From assembly GCA_965263035.1 (NCBI GenBank), contig OZ253580.1, positions 6,134,071 to 6,198,070 on the forward strand: a stretch of DNA of 64,000 nt. Direction: 5' to 3'. Within the stretch, counting starts at the first letter, position 1; each line of letters opens with the position of its first letter. Under the pieces are notes generated by a model, which saw nothing but the letters and a program-made list of their open reading frames with translations, was not told the origin of the DNA and made no database searches. A program made the position numbers and the translations under genes. This document shows, piece after piece, positions 11,045 through 20,400 of this stretch. The DNA is from Acidobacteriota bacterium. GTDB taxonomy: Bacteria > Acidobacteriota > UBA6911 > RPQK01 > JAJDTT01.

Positions 11045-12184
11045 ATGTCTATAAGCCCCATAAGAAGCGTCGCCCGGAATGCCGACGCCCTGGCCGCGGT
11101 CTGGAGCGGTGGCGAACGGACCGATCTTCCCTACCTCTGGCTGCGCGACAATTGCGGTTGCAGCGAGTGCCGCGTCGTGCAGACCACGGAGAAGCGTTTC
11201 CACATCTTCCGGGTCGCCGGGGACCTGAGACCGCTACAGGTCAGCATCGAACGCGCCGGATCCGAGGACGAGGCGATCTCGATCATTTGGCCGGACGGGC
11301 ACCGCACCCGCTACCGGTCGAGCGAGATCCACGGCCATTTGAGCCAGCCTCGTTTCGACCTGCGCTACTGGGATTGCCGGTTCCAGCCGCGGCAGTTCGA
11401 CTATCGGCGGTTCCTGGCGAGCGACAGCAAAGCGGCGGAGCTGATCGCGGAGTTTCTGTGGACCGGGGTCTGCCTGCTGGTCGACGCCCCTACCGACCCC
11501 GATTCTTCGGAGCAGCTCGCGACCCGGTTGGGCCCGATCCGCGAGGTCGTGTTCGAGCGCATCCACAATGTCGTGGTCGACCCAAAGGGATACAGCATCG
11601 CACACACGGATCTGGCGATCGCACCGCATAACGACTTTACCAGCTACACCTGGCCGCCGAGCGTGCAGGTGCTGCACATGCTGGTGAACGAGTGCGAAGG
11701 CGGCGAGTCTCGCGTCGTGGACGGCTTCGGCGTGCTCAACGAGCTGCGCAACGATCACCCCGAAAAGTTCGACGTGCTTTGCGCGGTACCGGTGCCTTTC
11801 CGCGTCGTCAGCGAGGAATACGAGAGCTACGCGGCCAACCCCATGGTCGAGCTGGACAGCGACGGCGACGTCAGGTTGTTGCGCTTCAACACCCAGCAGA
11901 TGCAGGTCATTCCCCTCTCGGAACCTCGGCTGGCCGACTTCTACGCCGCGTACCACGAGTTCTACGCCGCGTACCACGAGCTGTCCAAGCGCGTCAATGC
12001 CGCCAGCGCCCAGGTTTCCGTCCGGTTGGAGGGCGGGCAGATTCTGCTGGCCGCCGGGCACCGGATGCTGCACGGTCGCACCGCCTTCCGCTCGATCGGG
12101 CGGCGCCACCTGCAGGACGCCTACTTCGAGCACGATAACGTGCGCAACCACCTGAGGCTGCTGCGCCGCACCGGCCGAATCTGA
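11045..12184 (+). CDS. TauD/TfdA-family dioxygenase (gamma-butyrobetaine/trimethyllysine hydroxylase-like)
   Basis: WLRDNCGCSEC Zn domain, HND iron motif (IAPHNDF), GGES..VDGF, RMLHGRTAF, RHLQDAY. Confidence 0.9.
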   Translation: MSISPIRSVARNADALAAVWSGGERTDLPYLWLRDNCGCSECRVVQTTEKRFHIFRVAGDLRPLQVSIERAGSEDEAISIIWPDGHRTRYRSSEIHGHLSQPRFDLRYWDCRFQPRQFDYRRFLASDSKAAELIAEFLWTGVCLLVDAPTDPDSSEQLATRLGPIREVVFERIHNVVVDPKGYSIAHTDLAIAPHNDFTSYTWPPSVQVLHMLVNECEGGESRVVDGFGVLNELRNDHPEKFDVLCAVPVPFRVVSEEYESYAANPMVELDSDGDVRLLRFNTQQMQVIPLSEPRLADFYAAYHEFYAAYHELSKRVNAASAQVSVRLEGGQILLAAGHRMLHGRTAFRSIGRRHLQDAYFEHDNVRNHLRLLRRTGRI

Positions 12185-12264
12185 AGGCCGCAAATCCGCG
12201 CTATCGGACGGACAGCCTGTCGAATCTGACCGTTTCTTGCCGCGGACAGGTCAACTCTTCTACC

Positions 12265-12553
12265 GTGTTTTTGCGGCGCAGACTCGGGGAGCTCGTCCAA
12301 AAACCGGCTGGCCAAGCCGGGGGTCACCTGGTGCAACTCCAGCCTCTCATCCTCGCGCCAGGCGAGGAACCGCCCCACCTGGGTGGGCGTAGGCGGTCCG
12401 GGTGTGGGGATTGGAGAGCCGGACGGAGAAGAACTCATCGGCCGCGAAGCAGGCCGCCTTCCCGGCTCTCACGAGAACAGCCGGGAAGGCCCCTTCGAGG
12501 TCATTTCAGGAGAGCGAATCGGCGGTTTTCGGGAGGAGTTCCAAGTCCGCCAT
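12265..12553 (-). pseudogene. Tyrosine recombinase/integrase, N-terminal remnant
   Basis: MADLELLPKTADSLS*NDLEGAFPAVLVRAGKAACFAADEFFSVRLSNPHTRTAYAH/QVGRFLAWREDERLELHQVTPGLASRFLDELPESAP matches the EFF..ISNPHTR.AYA..V.RFL.W core-binding domain of phage-integrase-family recombinases. TGA at 12506-12508, frameshift near 12382, catalytic domain lost. Confidence 0.8.
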
Positions 12554-12559
12554 AAAAGA

Positions 12560-12582
12560 TACGTATAATATACTTTATCGTA
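12560..12582. repeat. Site B copy 1 (attI-like position, next to the recombinase start)
   Basis: TACGTATAA-TATACT-TTATCGTA; contains TATAAT at 12564-12569. Confidence 0.7.
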
Positions 12583-12800
12583 ATCTATACCATGCTCCGG
12601 ACCTTCTGATTTTGCGCGCCGGCCGATGTCCGGAGCCGTCCTCTCCTTCCCGCATCCGGTGATCCCACTGGGGTGAAAAACGAGGTCAGAGACCCATCCA
12701 TTGAGTCGGTGGCACCGTTTACACTTCGGCCAGAAAGGATTCCCCCGCATCCCTGAATACTGTTGCCGACGCTACCGTCTACCTGGAGGAACCGTTCCAG

Positions 12801-15083
12801 ATGTCAGTCCACTTTCCGAAGCCCTCGCATCTTAGCCGTCACTCCACGACTTCTCTAAGGGTCCTCGTTTTGAGCTTGGGCCTGCTGGCCACGCCAGAGG
12901 CAGCCACGGCTGAGATCGTCCCCGTCTGCGACCGGACCCCAGAGGTGCGCGACGAGATCGTGAAGCTCGTGCCAGAAGTCAGCGATTGTGCCGATGTGAC
13001 CGAGTCGCACCTAGCCGAGATTAGACGGGATTTCTTTCACGGCGGCCTGGAGCGAGTATACGTCTTAGGGTTTCCCAGTACTCGCAGGCTTCCCCCGCCC
13101 CCACTCAGAGAGTTGAAAGTGGGCGATTTTTCTGGACTTTCTTCACTGCGCACACTCTATTTGGATCGCACTGGATTGATGACCCTGCCGGAAGAGATTT
13201 TCTCCGGCCTCTCCTCCCTGGAAGCTCTCCTCCTGGGTAACAATGGGCTGAGCACCCTGCCGGCGGAGGTCTTCTCCGGCCTCTCCTCCCTGGAGACGCT
13301 CTACCTGCATAACAATGGGCTGAGCACCCTGCCGGCGGAGGTCTTCTCCGGCCTCTCCTCCCTGGTATATTTCCGCCTGGATGGCAACCTGGCGGCTCCC
13401 CTACCTGTCAACGTTTCATTGGAGTGGGTTGATCCCGGCCGATTCCAGGCCAGAGCGCCAACAGGCGCGCCCTTTGAGATCCACCTTCCTATAACTGTAA
13501 CCAACGGCATGCTTCACAGGGGGGCGTCCCATCTCACGATTCCCGCAGGGCGGGAATCCAGCGACGTGCTTTCGGTATCTCGACAGCCCGGAACGACCTC
13601 GCCGGTCACCGTCGAGATTGCACAATTCCCGGAGAAACCTGTGCGCCACATCGGTTACGAGCTGGTCAGACCCTCTTTGCCCCTGACTTTACTGACACCG
13701 CTTTCTCTGGACTTCCCCCATTTCGCCAACGGGGCGGCCATCACCTCCGAGTTGGTGATCGTGAATGTCGCGGCCACCCCCCTCCAGCCGGCCCTCTACT
13801 TCTTCGACAGAGAGGGAGACCTCATGGCCCCAGCATCCATGGTAGACGTCGGGGAAGACTGGTTCATCCGGTCCGACGGAGCCTTGACCGTGAGGAAGGA
13901 AATAGAGCCCCTGGGAGAGCTCACGATCTCGACCCACGGGCGAGGACCGTTGGTGACCGGCTCGGCGAGGGCCCTGGCCGACGGTCCCATAGGCGGGGTC
14001 TTGCGCTTTGACAGCCCGGATATCGGCGTCGCCGGGGTGGGAACGGGGTCCCCCTCACCCGACGCCATCTTCCCCGTGCGCCGCCAGGAATCCGGAATCA
14101 ACACCGGGGCGGCGATTCGGAATCTGGGAGACGATCCAGTGACCGTCCAATGCCAACTAATGCAAGATGGCCAGGTCTTGGAAGAGAGGGACATTCCCCT
14201 GGCCGGCGAGGGGCAGACCGCCCGGTTCATCGACGAGTTGTTCCCTGCGACCGATACGTTGGACTTTGTGGGATCGGTGCGCTGCACCGAATCCGAAGGC
14301 GGCCTGTTCACCGGCGTGGCTTTGGAGATGGATTTCCAGAACCGGGTGTTCACCACCTTGCCTGTAGTCCCCGTTCCGCCGATGCGGACCCAGGATTACA
14401 CGCAACTGCACTTCGCCCATTTTGCCAACGGTGCCTCCATCACTTCCGACCTGGTATTCGTGAACGTGGCCAACACGGCCGTGGCGCCGGCCATCTATTT
14501 TTACGATGGCTCAGGCCGTCTCATCGCCCCGGAAATGGTGGTGGACGTCGGGGAAGATCTCCAGGTCCGGATGGACGGATCTCTGACCGTTCAGGCGGAC
14601 GTGGCCCCGCTGGGGGAACTCACGGTCTCCACCCACGGCCGGGGGAATCTGGTGACCGGGTCGGTGAAAGTCATCGCCAATGGTCCCATCGGTGGATTCC
14701 TGCGCTTCGACAACCCCGAGATCGGAGTCGCGGGGGTCGGGGCCAGCGGGGCGGTCCAGGACGCGATCTTCCCGGCTCGACATCAGGCGGGAGGAATCCG
14801 CACGGGAGTGGCCATCCGCAATCTGAAGCCGGCCGCCATCGAAGTCAGCTGCCAACTGATGCAAAACGGCAGGGGTGTGGAAGAGAAGGAAATCCCTCTG
14901 TCCGGCAATGGGCAGACGGCCCAGTTCATCCACGAGTTGTTCACCAAGACCATCACAGCCGACTTTGTGGGATCGGTGCGCTGCACCGCCTCAGAGGACG
15001 GGAGGTTCACCGGATTGGCGCTGGAGATGGACGAGGACAACCGCATCTTCACCACCTTGCCCGTGGTGCCGGTCCGGCGATGA
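12801..15083 (+). CDS. Secreted LRR protein with two constant C-terminal ~230-aa domains (family I)
   Basis: Signal-like N-terminus, PVCDRT..V.DCADVT cap, typical-class LRRs (LSTLPAEVFSGLSSL), 2x LDFPHFANG...NRIFTTLPVVP. Confidence 0.88.
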   Translation: MSVHFPKPSHLSRHSTTSLRVLVLSLGLLATPEAATAEIVPVCDRTPEVRDEIVKLVPEVSDCADVTESHLAEIRRDFFHGGLERVYVLGFPSTRRLPPPPLRELKVGDFSGLSSLRTLYLDRTGLMTLPEEIFSGLSSLEALLLGNNGLSTLPAEVFSGLSSLETLYLHNNGLSTLPAEVFSGLSSLVYFRLDGNLAAPLPVNVSLEWVDPGRFQARAPTGAPFEIHLPITVTNGMLHRGASHLTIPAGRESSDVLSVSRQPGTTSPVTVEIAQFPEKPVRHIGYELVRPSLPLTLLTPLSLDFPHFANGAAITSELVIVNVAATPLQPALYFFDREGDLMAPASMVDVGEDWFIRSDGALTVRKEIEPLGELTISTHGRGPLVTGSARALADGPIGGVLRFDSPDIGVAGVGTGSPSPDAIFPVRRQESGINTGAAIRNLGDDPVTVQCQLMQDGQVLEERDIPLAGEGQTARFIDELFPATDTLDFVGSVRCTESEGGLFTGVALEMDFQNRVFTTLPVVPVPPMRTQDYTQLHFAHFANGASITSDLVFVNVANTAVAPAIYFYDGSGRLIAPEMVVDVGEDLQVRMDGSLTVQADVAPLGELTVSTHGRGNLVTGSVKVIANGPIGGFLRFDNPEIGVAGVGASGAVQDAIFPARHQAGGIRTGVAIRNLKPAAIEVSCQLMQNGRGVEEKEIPLSGNGQTAQFIHELFTKTITADFVGSVRCTASEDGRFTGLALEMDEDNRIFTTLPVVPVRR

Positions 15084-15123
15084 CCTGCCGGGAATAGCTG
15101 GAGTTGGCGACTCTCTTTAGGAC

Positions 15124-15147
15124 GTCCGTTAACTGAAATTATCGGAC
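15124..15147. repeat. Site A copy 1
   Basis: GTCCGTTAA-CTGAAA-TTATCGGAC, followed by the conserved GGGAAAAGGGAGG...GAATCAGCCCC tail. Confidence 0.85.
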
Positions 15148-15475
15148 GGTCCCCCGGGAAAAGGGAGGATGTCGGGGGGGTGCGAATCAGCCCCAAGCTG
15201 CCCGAAAACATGGGTCAGAAGAAGACGGCTCGTCCCCGTCATTTTTCATCCCTCTTCGTCGCTGAGACTCAGGATCAGCAGCTCAGAAATGGCTGGAGTG
15301 GGCTCCATTCCAGCCGCGGGATGTCCGCTCGGATTTACTCCTCTGGCCAAGTCACGGACCCGATCTTCCCGAAACCGACGTCGTTGGCAGGCCAGACTTC
15401 GATGCGGCGAACGACCACCGACACTCAGCGCATGGCTCGATCGCAAAATGTGGAGAACGCCACTATCATTCGGCC

Positions 15476-16987
15476 ATGAGACAAATACTGCTAGCTGTAT
15501 TCCTGCTGGCCCCGCTCGCCCGAGAGGTTCAGAGCAAGGACCAGACCGATCCACCCTATGCGGGCACCGTCTGGATCGACCCGGACATCATCACACCATC
15601 AGATCCGACTGCGCTCGTGAGCGTGACGGATGCCGGACGGGGACAACGGACGATGTTCGACCTGCGGGTCAAGGACTGGATCGTGGTCAACGCCTATTTG
15701 TTCATGGCCCGATTTGATGATGGCCTGACCGCGGAGATTCAGGTCAACCCAGAGTTCGGCAGTGCATCGGACGCGATGGTGGAAGCAAGCAAATATGGGA
15801 GATCCATCGGCCAATTGCCGACGCTACTTCGAACCAATGTCGAGACGGTCTGGATCCATAAAGGAAATGCGCCTCTCGGGGGTGGAAACAACAGTATTCT
15901 CATCCATACAGATTTTCCGGACGAGTATTTGGAGGAGGGATTGGTCCACGAGGGGGCGCACACTTCCCTGGACCCACCCTGGATGGGGATTGTCAACGCC
16001 GTCGATTGGCGCGCCGCCCAGACGGCCGATGATAACTTCATTTCCGACTACGCACGAGATCATCCGGACCGAGAAGACATCGCCGAGTCGTTCCTGCCGT
16101 ACCTGGCTGTCCGATATCGTTCGGCTCGAATCTCCCGATCTTACGAGCGGACAATATTGGAGACGATGCCGAATCGGATCGCTTACCTTGACCGACTTCT
16201 CCAGGCTCAATCGGACAACGCGTTGCATCCAATCACGTTGGACCTTCGACAGTATCTGAGCTTTGCGCATTTCGGGAATGGAGGGTCCATCACCTCGGAC
16301 CTGGTGTTAGTGAACGTGGAGCCCTCGGCGACTTACCCGGCCATCTACTTCTACGATCGAATGGGTGAACTCATCGACCCCGAATCGGTGGTGGACGTGA
16401 CGGAAGATCTGGAAGTCCGGGAGGATGGAGCGTTGACCGCCCGGACGGGGATTGAGCCTCTGGGTGAACTGGTGATTTCGACCCATGGACGAGGGAAGTT
16501 GGTGACCGGATCGGTGACGGTGTTCTCCGACATCGTGCGCTCTAATCTCTGGGGCGACAAAAACCGAGAGGACGCGGGCGGCGCGGCCCGCATCGGCGGG
16601 GTCCTGCGGTTCGACGCCCCGTCCCTGGGCGTGGCCGGCGTGGGGGCCAGTGCGCCCGTAAACGACGTCATTTTCCCGGCGCGCCGCCAAGAGGGCGGAA
16701 TCAACACCGGAGCCGCAATCCGGAACCTGGGAGAGAACCCGATCGAAGTGAGTTGCCAATTGATGAAAAAAGGCGCGGTATTGGAGATGAAGGACATTTC
16801 ACTGGCCGGTAACGGCCAGACGGCCAAGTTCATCCACGAGTTGTTCACCCAGACCGATACGTCCGATTTCGTCGGGTCGGTTCGTTGCACCGCTCCTGAT
16901 GGTGAACGATTCACCGGAATCGCCCTGGAGTTGGATGATAGAAACCGGATCTTCACTACCTTGCCAGTGGTGCCCATCCAGCGATGA
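15476..16987 (+). CDS. Secreted zincin-like metallopeptidase with one constant C-terminal domain (family I)
   Basis: Signal peptide, HEGAH plus downstream EDIAES, then LSFAHFGNG...NRIFTTLPVVPIQR. Confidence 0.82.
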   Translation: MRQILLAVFLLAPLAREVQSKDQTDPPYAGTVWIDPDIITPSDPTALVSVTDAGRGQRTMFDLRVKDWIVVNAYLFMARFDDGLTAEIQVNPEFGSASDAMVEASKYGRSIGQLPTLLRTNVETVWIHKGNAPLGGGNNSILIHTDFPDEYLEEGLVHEGAHTSLDPPWMGIVNAVDWRAAQTADDNFISDYARDHPDREDIAESFLPYLAVRYRSARISRSYERTILETMPNRIAYLDRLLQAQSDNALHPITLDLRQYLSFAHFGNGGSITSDLVLVNVEPSATYPAIYFYDRMGELIDPESVVDVTEDLEVREDGALTARTGIEPLGELVISTHGRGKLVTGSVTVFSDIVRSNLWGDKNREDAGGAARIGGVLRFDAPSLGVAGVGASAPVNDVIFPARRQEGGINTGAAIRNLGENPIEVSCQLMKKGAVLEMKDISLAGNGQTAKFIHELFTQTDTSDFVGSVRCTAPDGERFTGIALELDDRNRIFTTLPVVPIQR

Positions 16988-17180
16988 CCTGTCGAGAGTA
17001 ACTGCAGACGGTGGTCAGAAGGCACTAGGATGTTGTCTTCTGGATTTTGGAGGATGGGGAGTCGATAGCGATCGGTCAGAAAGCTGTTGATCCGGCCTTC
17101 TCAGGCGGAGGAAGGATCAGCCCCGAACTGGCCGGAAACATGGGCTAGAAGAAGAGGCCCAGACCCCTCTCGGAGGGTCC

Positions 17181-17211
17181 AGAGTACGATAATTGCACTT
17201 TATCGTACTCT
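17181..17211. repeat. Site B copy 2
   Basis: Perfect 12-bp inverted repeat AGAGTACGATAA-TTGCACT-TTATCGTACTCT. Confidence 0.88.
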
Positions 17212-17420
17212 CCACCACGCTCCTGACTGCCTCGGGAGAGCGTCCCTCGGCATCGGTCTGGAAACCGCTGTCGCCTCTCTGGTGGACGTCGCCCGCCGGT
17301 ACCGGTGGCCTGAGCCACCCCTTCGGCAAGTCGTTTCCGAGTTTTGGTCCCTGGGGCGGCGGGCTGGTATTCTCCAAGGCACGCCATGTCCACTCGTTCC
17401 AGGCGGCAGCAGGAGTCCGC

Positions 17421-20400
17421 TTGATCAGTCCTCTACTCGGTTCATTCTCGGTTCCGTTTTTTGCCTGGTGGCTGTTTTTCGTCCTGTCGCCACCGCAAAC
17501 CGGCGGCCCCTCGTCAGAGCACGGGCGCCGGACGGACGACTCGATCGCACCTCAGGCGCAGGAACCGGGGGAGACGATTCTGTACTTCCCGGATTACGTG
17601 GATGGGGGCGGCTGGTCGGTGCAGCTGGTGCTCAGCAACGTCGACCCGGAGACCGCGGCCGAGGTTCGGGTGGATGTCTACGACCCGGACGGACAGCCGG
17701 TCCGGGATCTGTTCGATTCCGATTTGACGTTGGAAATCCCCTCACTGGGCAGTCGAGTCTTGAGAAGCGCCGGCTCCGGAGCCCTTCGGCGAGGGTGGAT
17801 CGAGGTCCAGACCCGTTCGGCCGCAGTGAGTGGATTGTTGACCTACCGAGACACCCAATCGGGGATCGAAGTCGGCGTCAAACCCGTTGCGTTGGGACAA
17901 CGGTTCGCTTTGTTCGTGGAGGAATCGCCGACGGTCGGCGCCGGAGTCGCCGTGTACAAGACGGACGCCGCGGCCCGCGTCGAGCTTCGAATCCGCAACG
18001 AGGAAGGCCACGACCCCATGGAGGGAGGGGTCGTCCGCTGGGGGGATTTCCGCCAAGCGGCTCGGACGCTTCCGGAATGGTTCGATGTCCCCGGGGTCGA
18101 CACGGAATTCCTGAGGGATTTTCGCGGCCTGTTGTTCCTGGAGACCGAGGACGATTCCCGGTTCGCCCCGCTGGGGTTGCGGTTCGGGAAGGGAACCTCT
18201 TCGCTTTCGGCGGTACCGGCGATCCGGACCCAGAGTCAGGAACCTCAAGAGGCGGCCCTGGTCTTTCCCGACTACGTGGATGGCGGCGGCTGGTCGGTGC
18301 AGTTGGTGCTCAGCAACGTCGACCCGGATGCTGCGGCCGAGGTTCGGGTGGATGTCTACGACCCGGACGGACAACCGGTCCGGAATCTGCTCGATTCCGA
18401 TTTGACGTTCGAGGTTCCGAGCCAGGGCAGTCGAGTCTTGAGAAGTGCCGGCTCGGGCGCCATTCGGCGAGGTTGGATTCAGGTCGAGACCGATGCGGCC
18501 GCAGTCGGTGGACTGTTAACCTACCGAGACGCCCGAACGGGGATCGAGGTCGGCGTCGAGCCCATCCGGTTGGGGAATGAATTCGCTCTGTTCGTGGAGG
18601 AATCGGAGACGATCGGGGCGGGTCTGGCCCTCTTCAACCCGGAGGCGTCATCCAGGATCGAACTGAGGCTCCGCGACGAGGAAGGCAACGATCCGTTGGA
18701 CGGAGTGTACGTCCCCTGGAGAGACTTCCACCAGGCGGCGCGCACACTCCCGGAATGGTTCGACGTCGAAGGCGTGGATACGGGATTTCTGAGGGACTTT
18801 CGCGGTCTCCTGTTCCTGCGAACGGAGGACGAATCCGGGTTCGCCCCGCTGGGGCTGCGGTTCGGGAAGAGGTCCTCGTCGCTCTCGGCGGTGCCGGCGA
18901 TTCGGATCCCGGAGGGAGGCGGGATCGACGGCGGCCAGGCCCCGCCCCCGACGGTGACGCTTTCGGCATCGCCGCCGTCGATCGATCGGGGCCAGAGCAC
19001 GACGTTGACCTGGTCGTCCACGAATGCGGAGAGCGCCGAGATCACTCCGGACATCGGCGGGGTGCCGACTTCGGGCACGCGGAAGGTGTCGCCGAACGTG
19101 ACCACGACCTACCGCATCACGGCGACGGGAGCCGACGGACAGACGGCGACGGCATCGGCGACGGTGACGGTGGCCGTTTCCGAGCGGGCGGCGCTGAGGG
19201 CGCTGTTCGATGCGCTGGGCGGATCGGGTTGGAGCCACAGTAACAACTGGCTGACGGACACTCCCCTGGGCGACTGGTACGGGGTCGAAGTCGATAGCCA
19301 GGGGCGGGTGATCGGACTGCGGATGGCGGTCTGGGTCGATACTGAAGACGGTGGAAGAGAAAAACTCGGGAACGGATTGACCGGGGTGATCCCGCCGGAA
19401 CTGGGTTCGCTCCCCCACCTGAGGGTCCTGGATCTCAGTCATAACCGACTGGAGGGGCCGATCCCGGCGCAACTCGGGAGCCTCTCCAGCCTGCAGGTGC
19501 TGGACCTCAGTGGGAACCAGCTGACGGGCCCGATCCCGCCCGAACTGGGGAGCCTTTCCAACCTGCAGCGGCTGAACCTCGGGGGGAACCGGCTGACGGG
19601 CCCGATCCCGCCCGAACTCGGTTCGCTTTCCAATCTGCAGTGGCTGTTCCTCAGTGGGAACCAGCTGACGGGCCCGATCCCGCCCGAACTCGGTTCGCTT
19701 TCCAATCTGCAGTGGCTGTTCCTCAGTGGGAACCAGCTGACCGGTCCGATCCCGCCCAGTTTTTTGCAGCTTGAGCAACTAGGATATTTCTATTTCTCCG
19801 ATAATTTGGGACTCTGCGCCCCCGGTACAACCGGTTTCGTCGATTGGCTGAAAGGGATCGAGCAACACGACGGTCCGTACTGTAACCAGTCCGACGTGGC
19901 CGTGATCGAGTCCCTCTACCAAGCCACCGGCGGAGCGAATTGGACGAACTCCGACGGCTGGCTCGGGGAGGGCGCCGTGAGTGATTGGTACGGGATCCGA
20001 GCCGACTCCCTGGGACGGGTGACGGGTCTCGATCTGAGTGACAACGGACTGGAGGGCCGGGTTCCGGGCAACTTGGGCCAACTGTCGCAGATGACCGAGT
20101 TGCGGATCGGTGGCAACGCCCTTTCCGGCCGGTTGCCGCTCATCTTGACCCGCCTCCCTCTTCACGAGTTCCATTACGCGGACACCGAGTTGTGTGCTCC
20201 GACCGAGGCGTCGTTCCAGGCTTGGCTGAACGCCATTCCGTCGCACGACGGAACCAACATGGATTGTGCGCCGCTCACGGACCGCGACATCCTCGTGTCG
20301 CTCTACGACGCAACTGGCGGGCCGGACTGGACCAACAACGAGAACTGGCTGACCGATACGTCGCTGGGAGATTGGTCCGGGGTCGAGGTCGATGGCCGAG

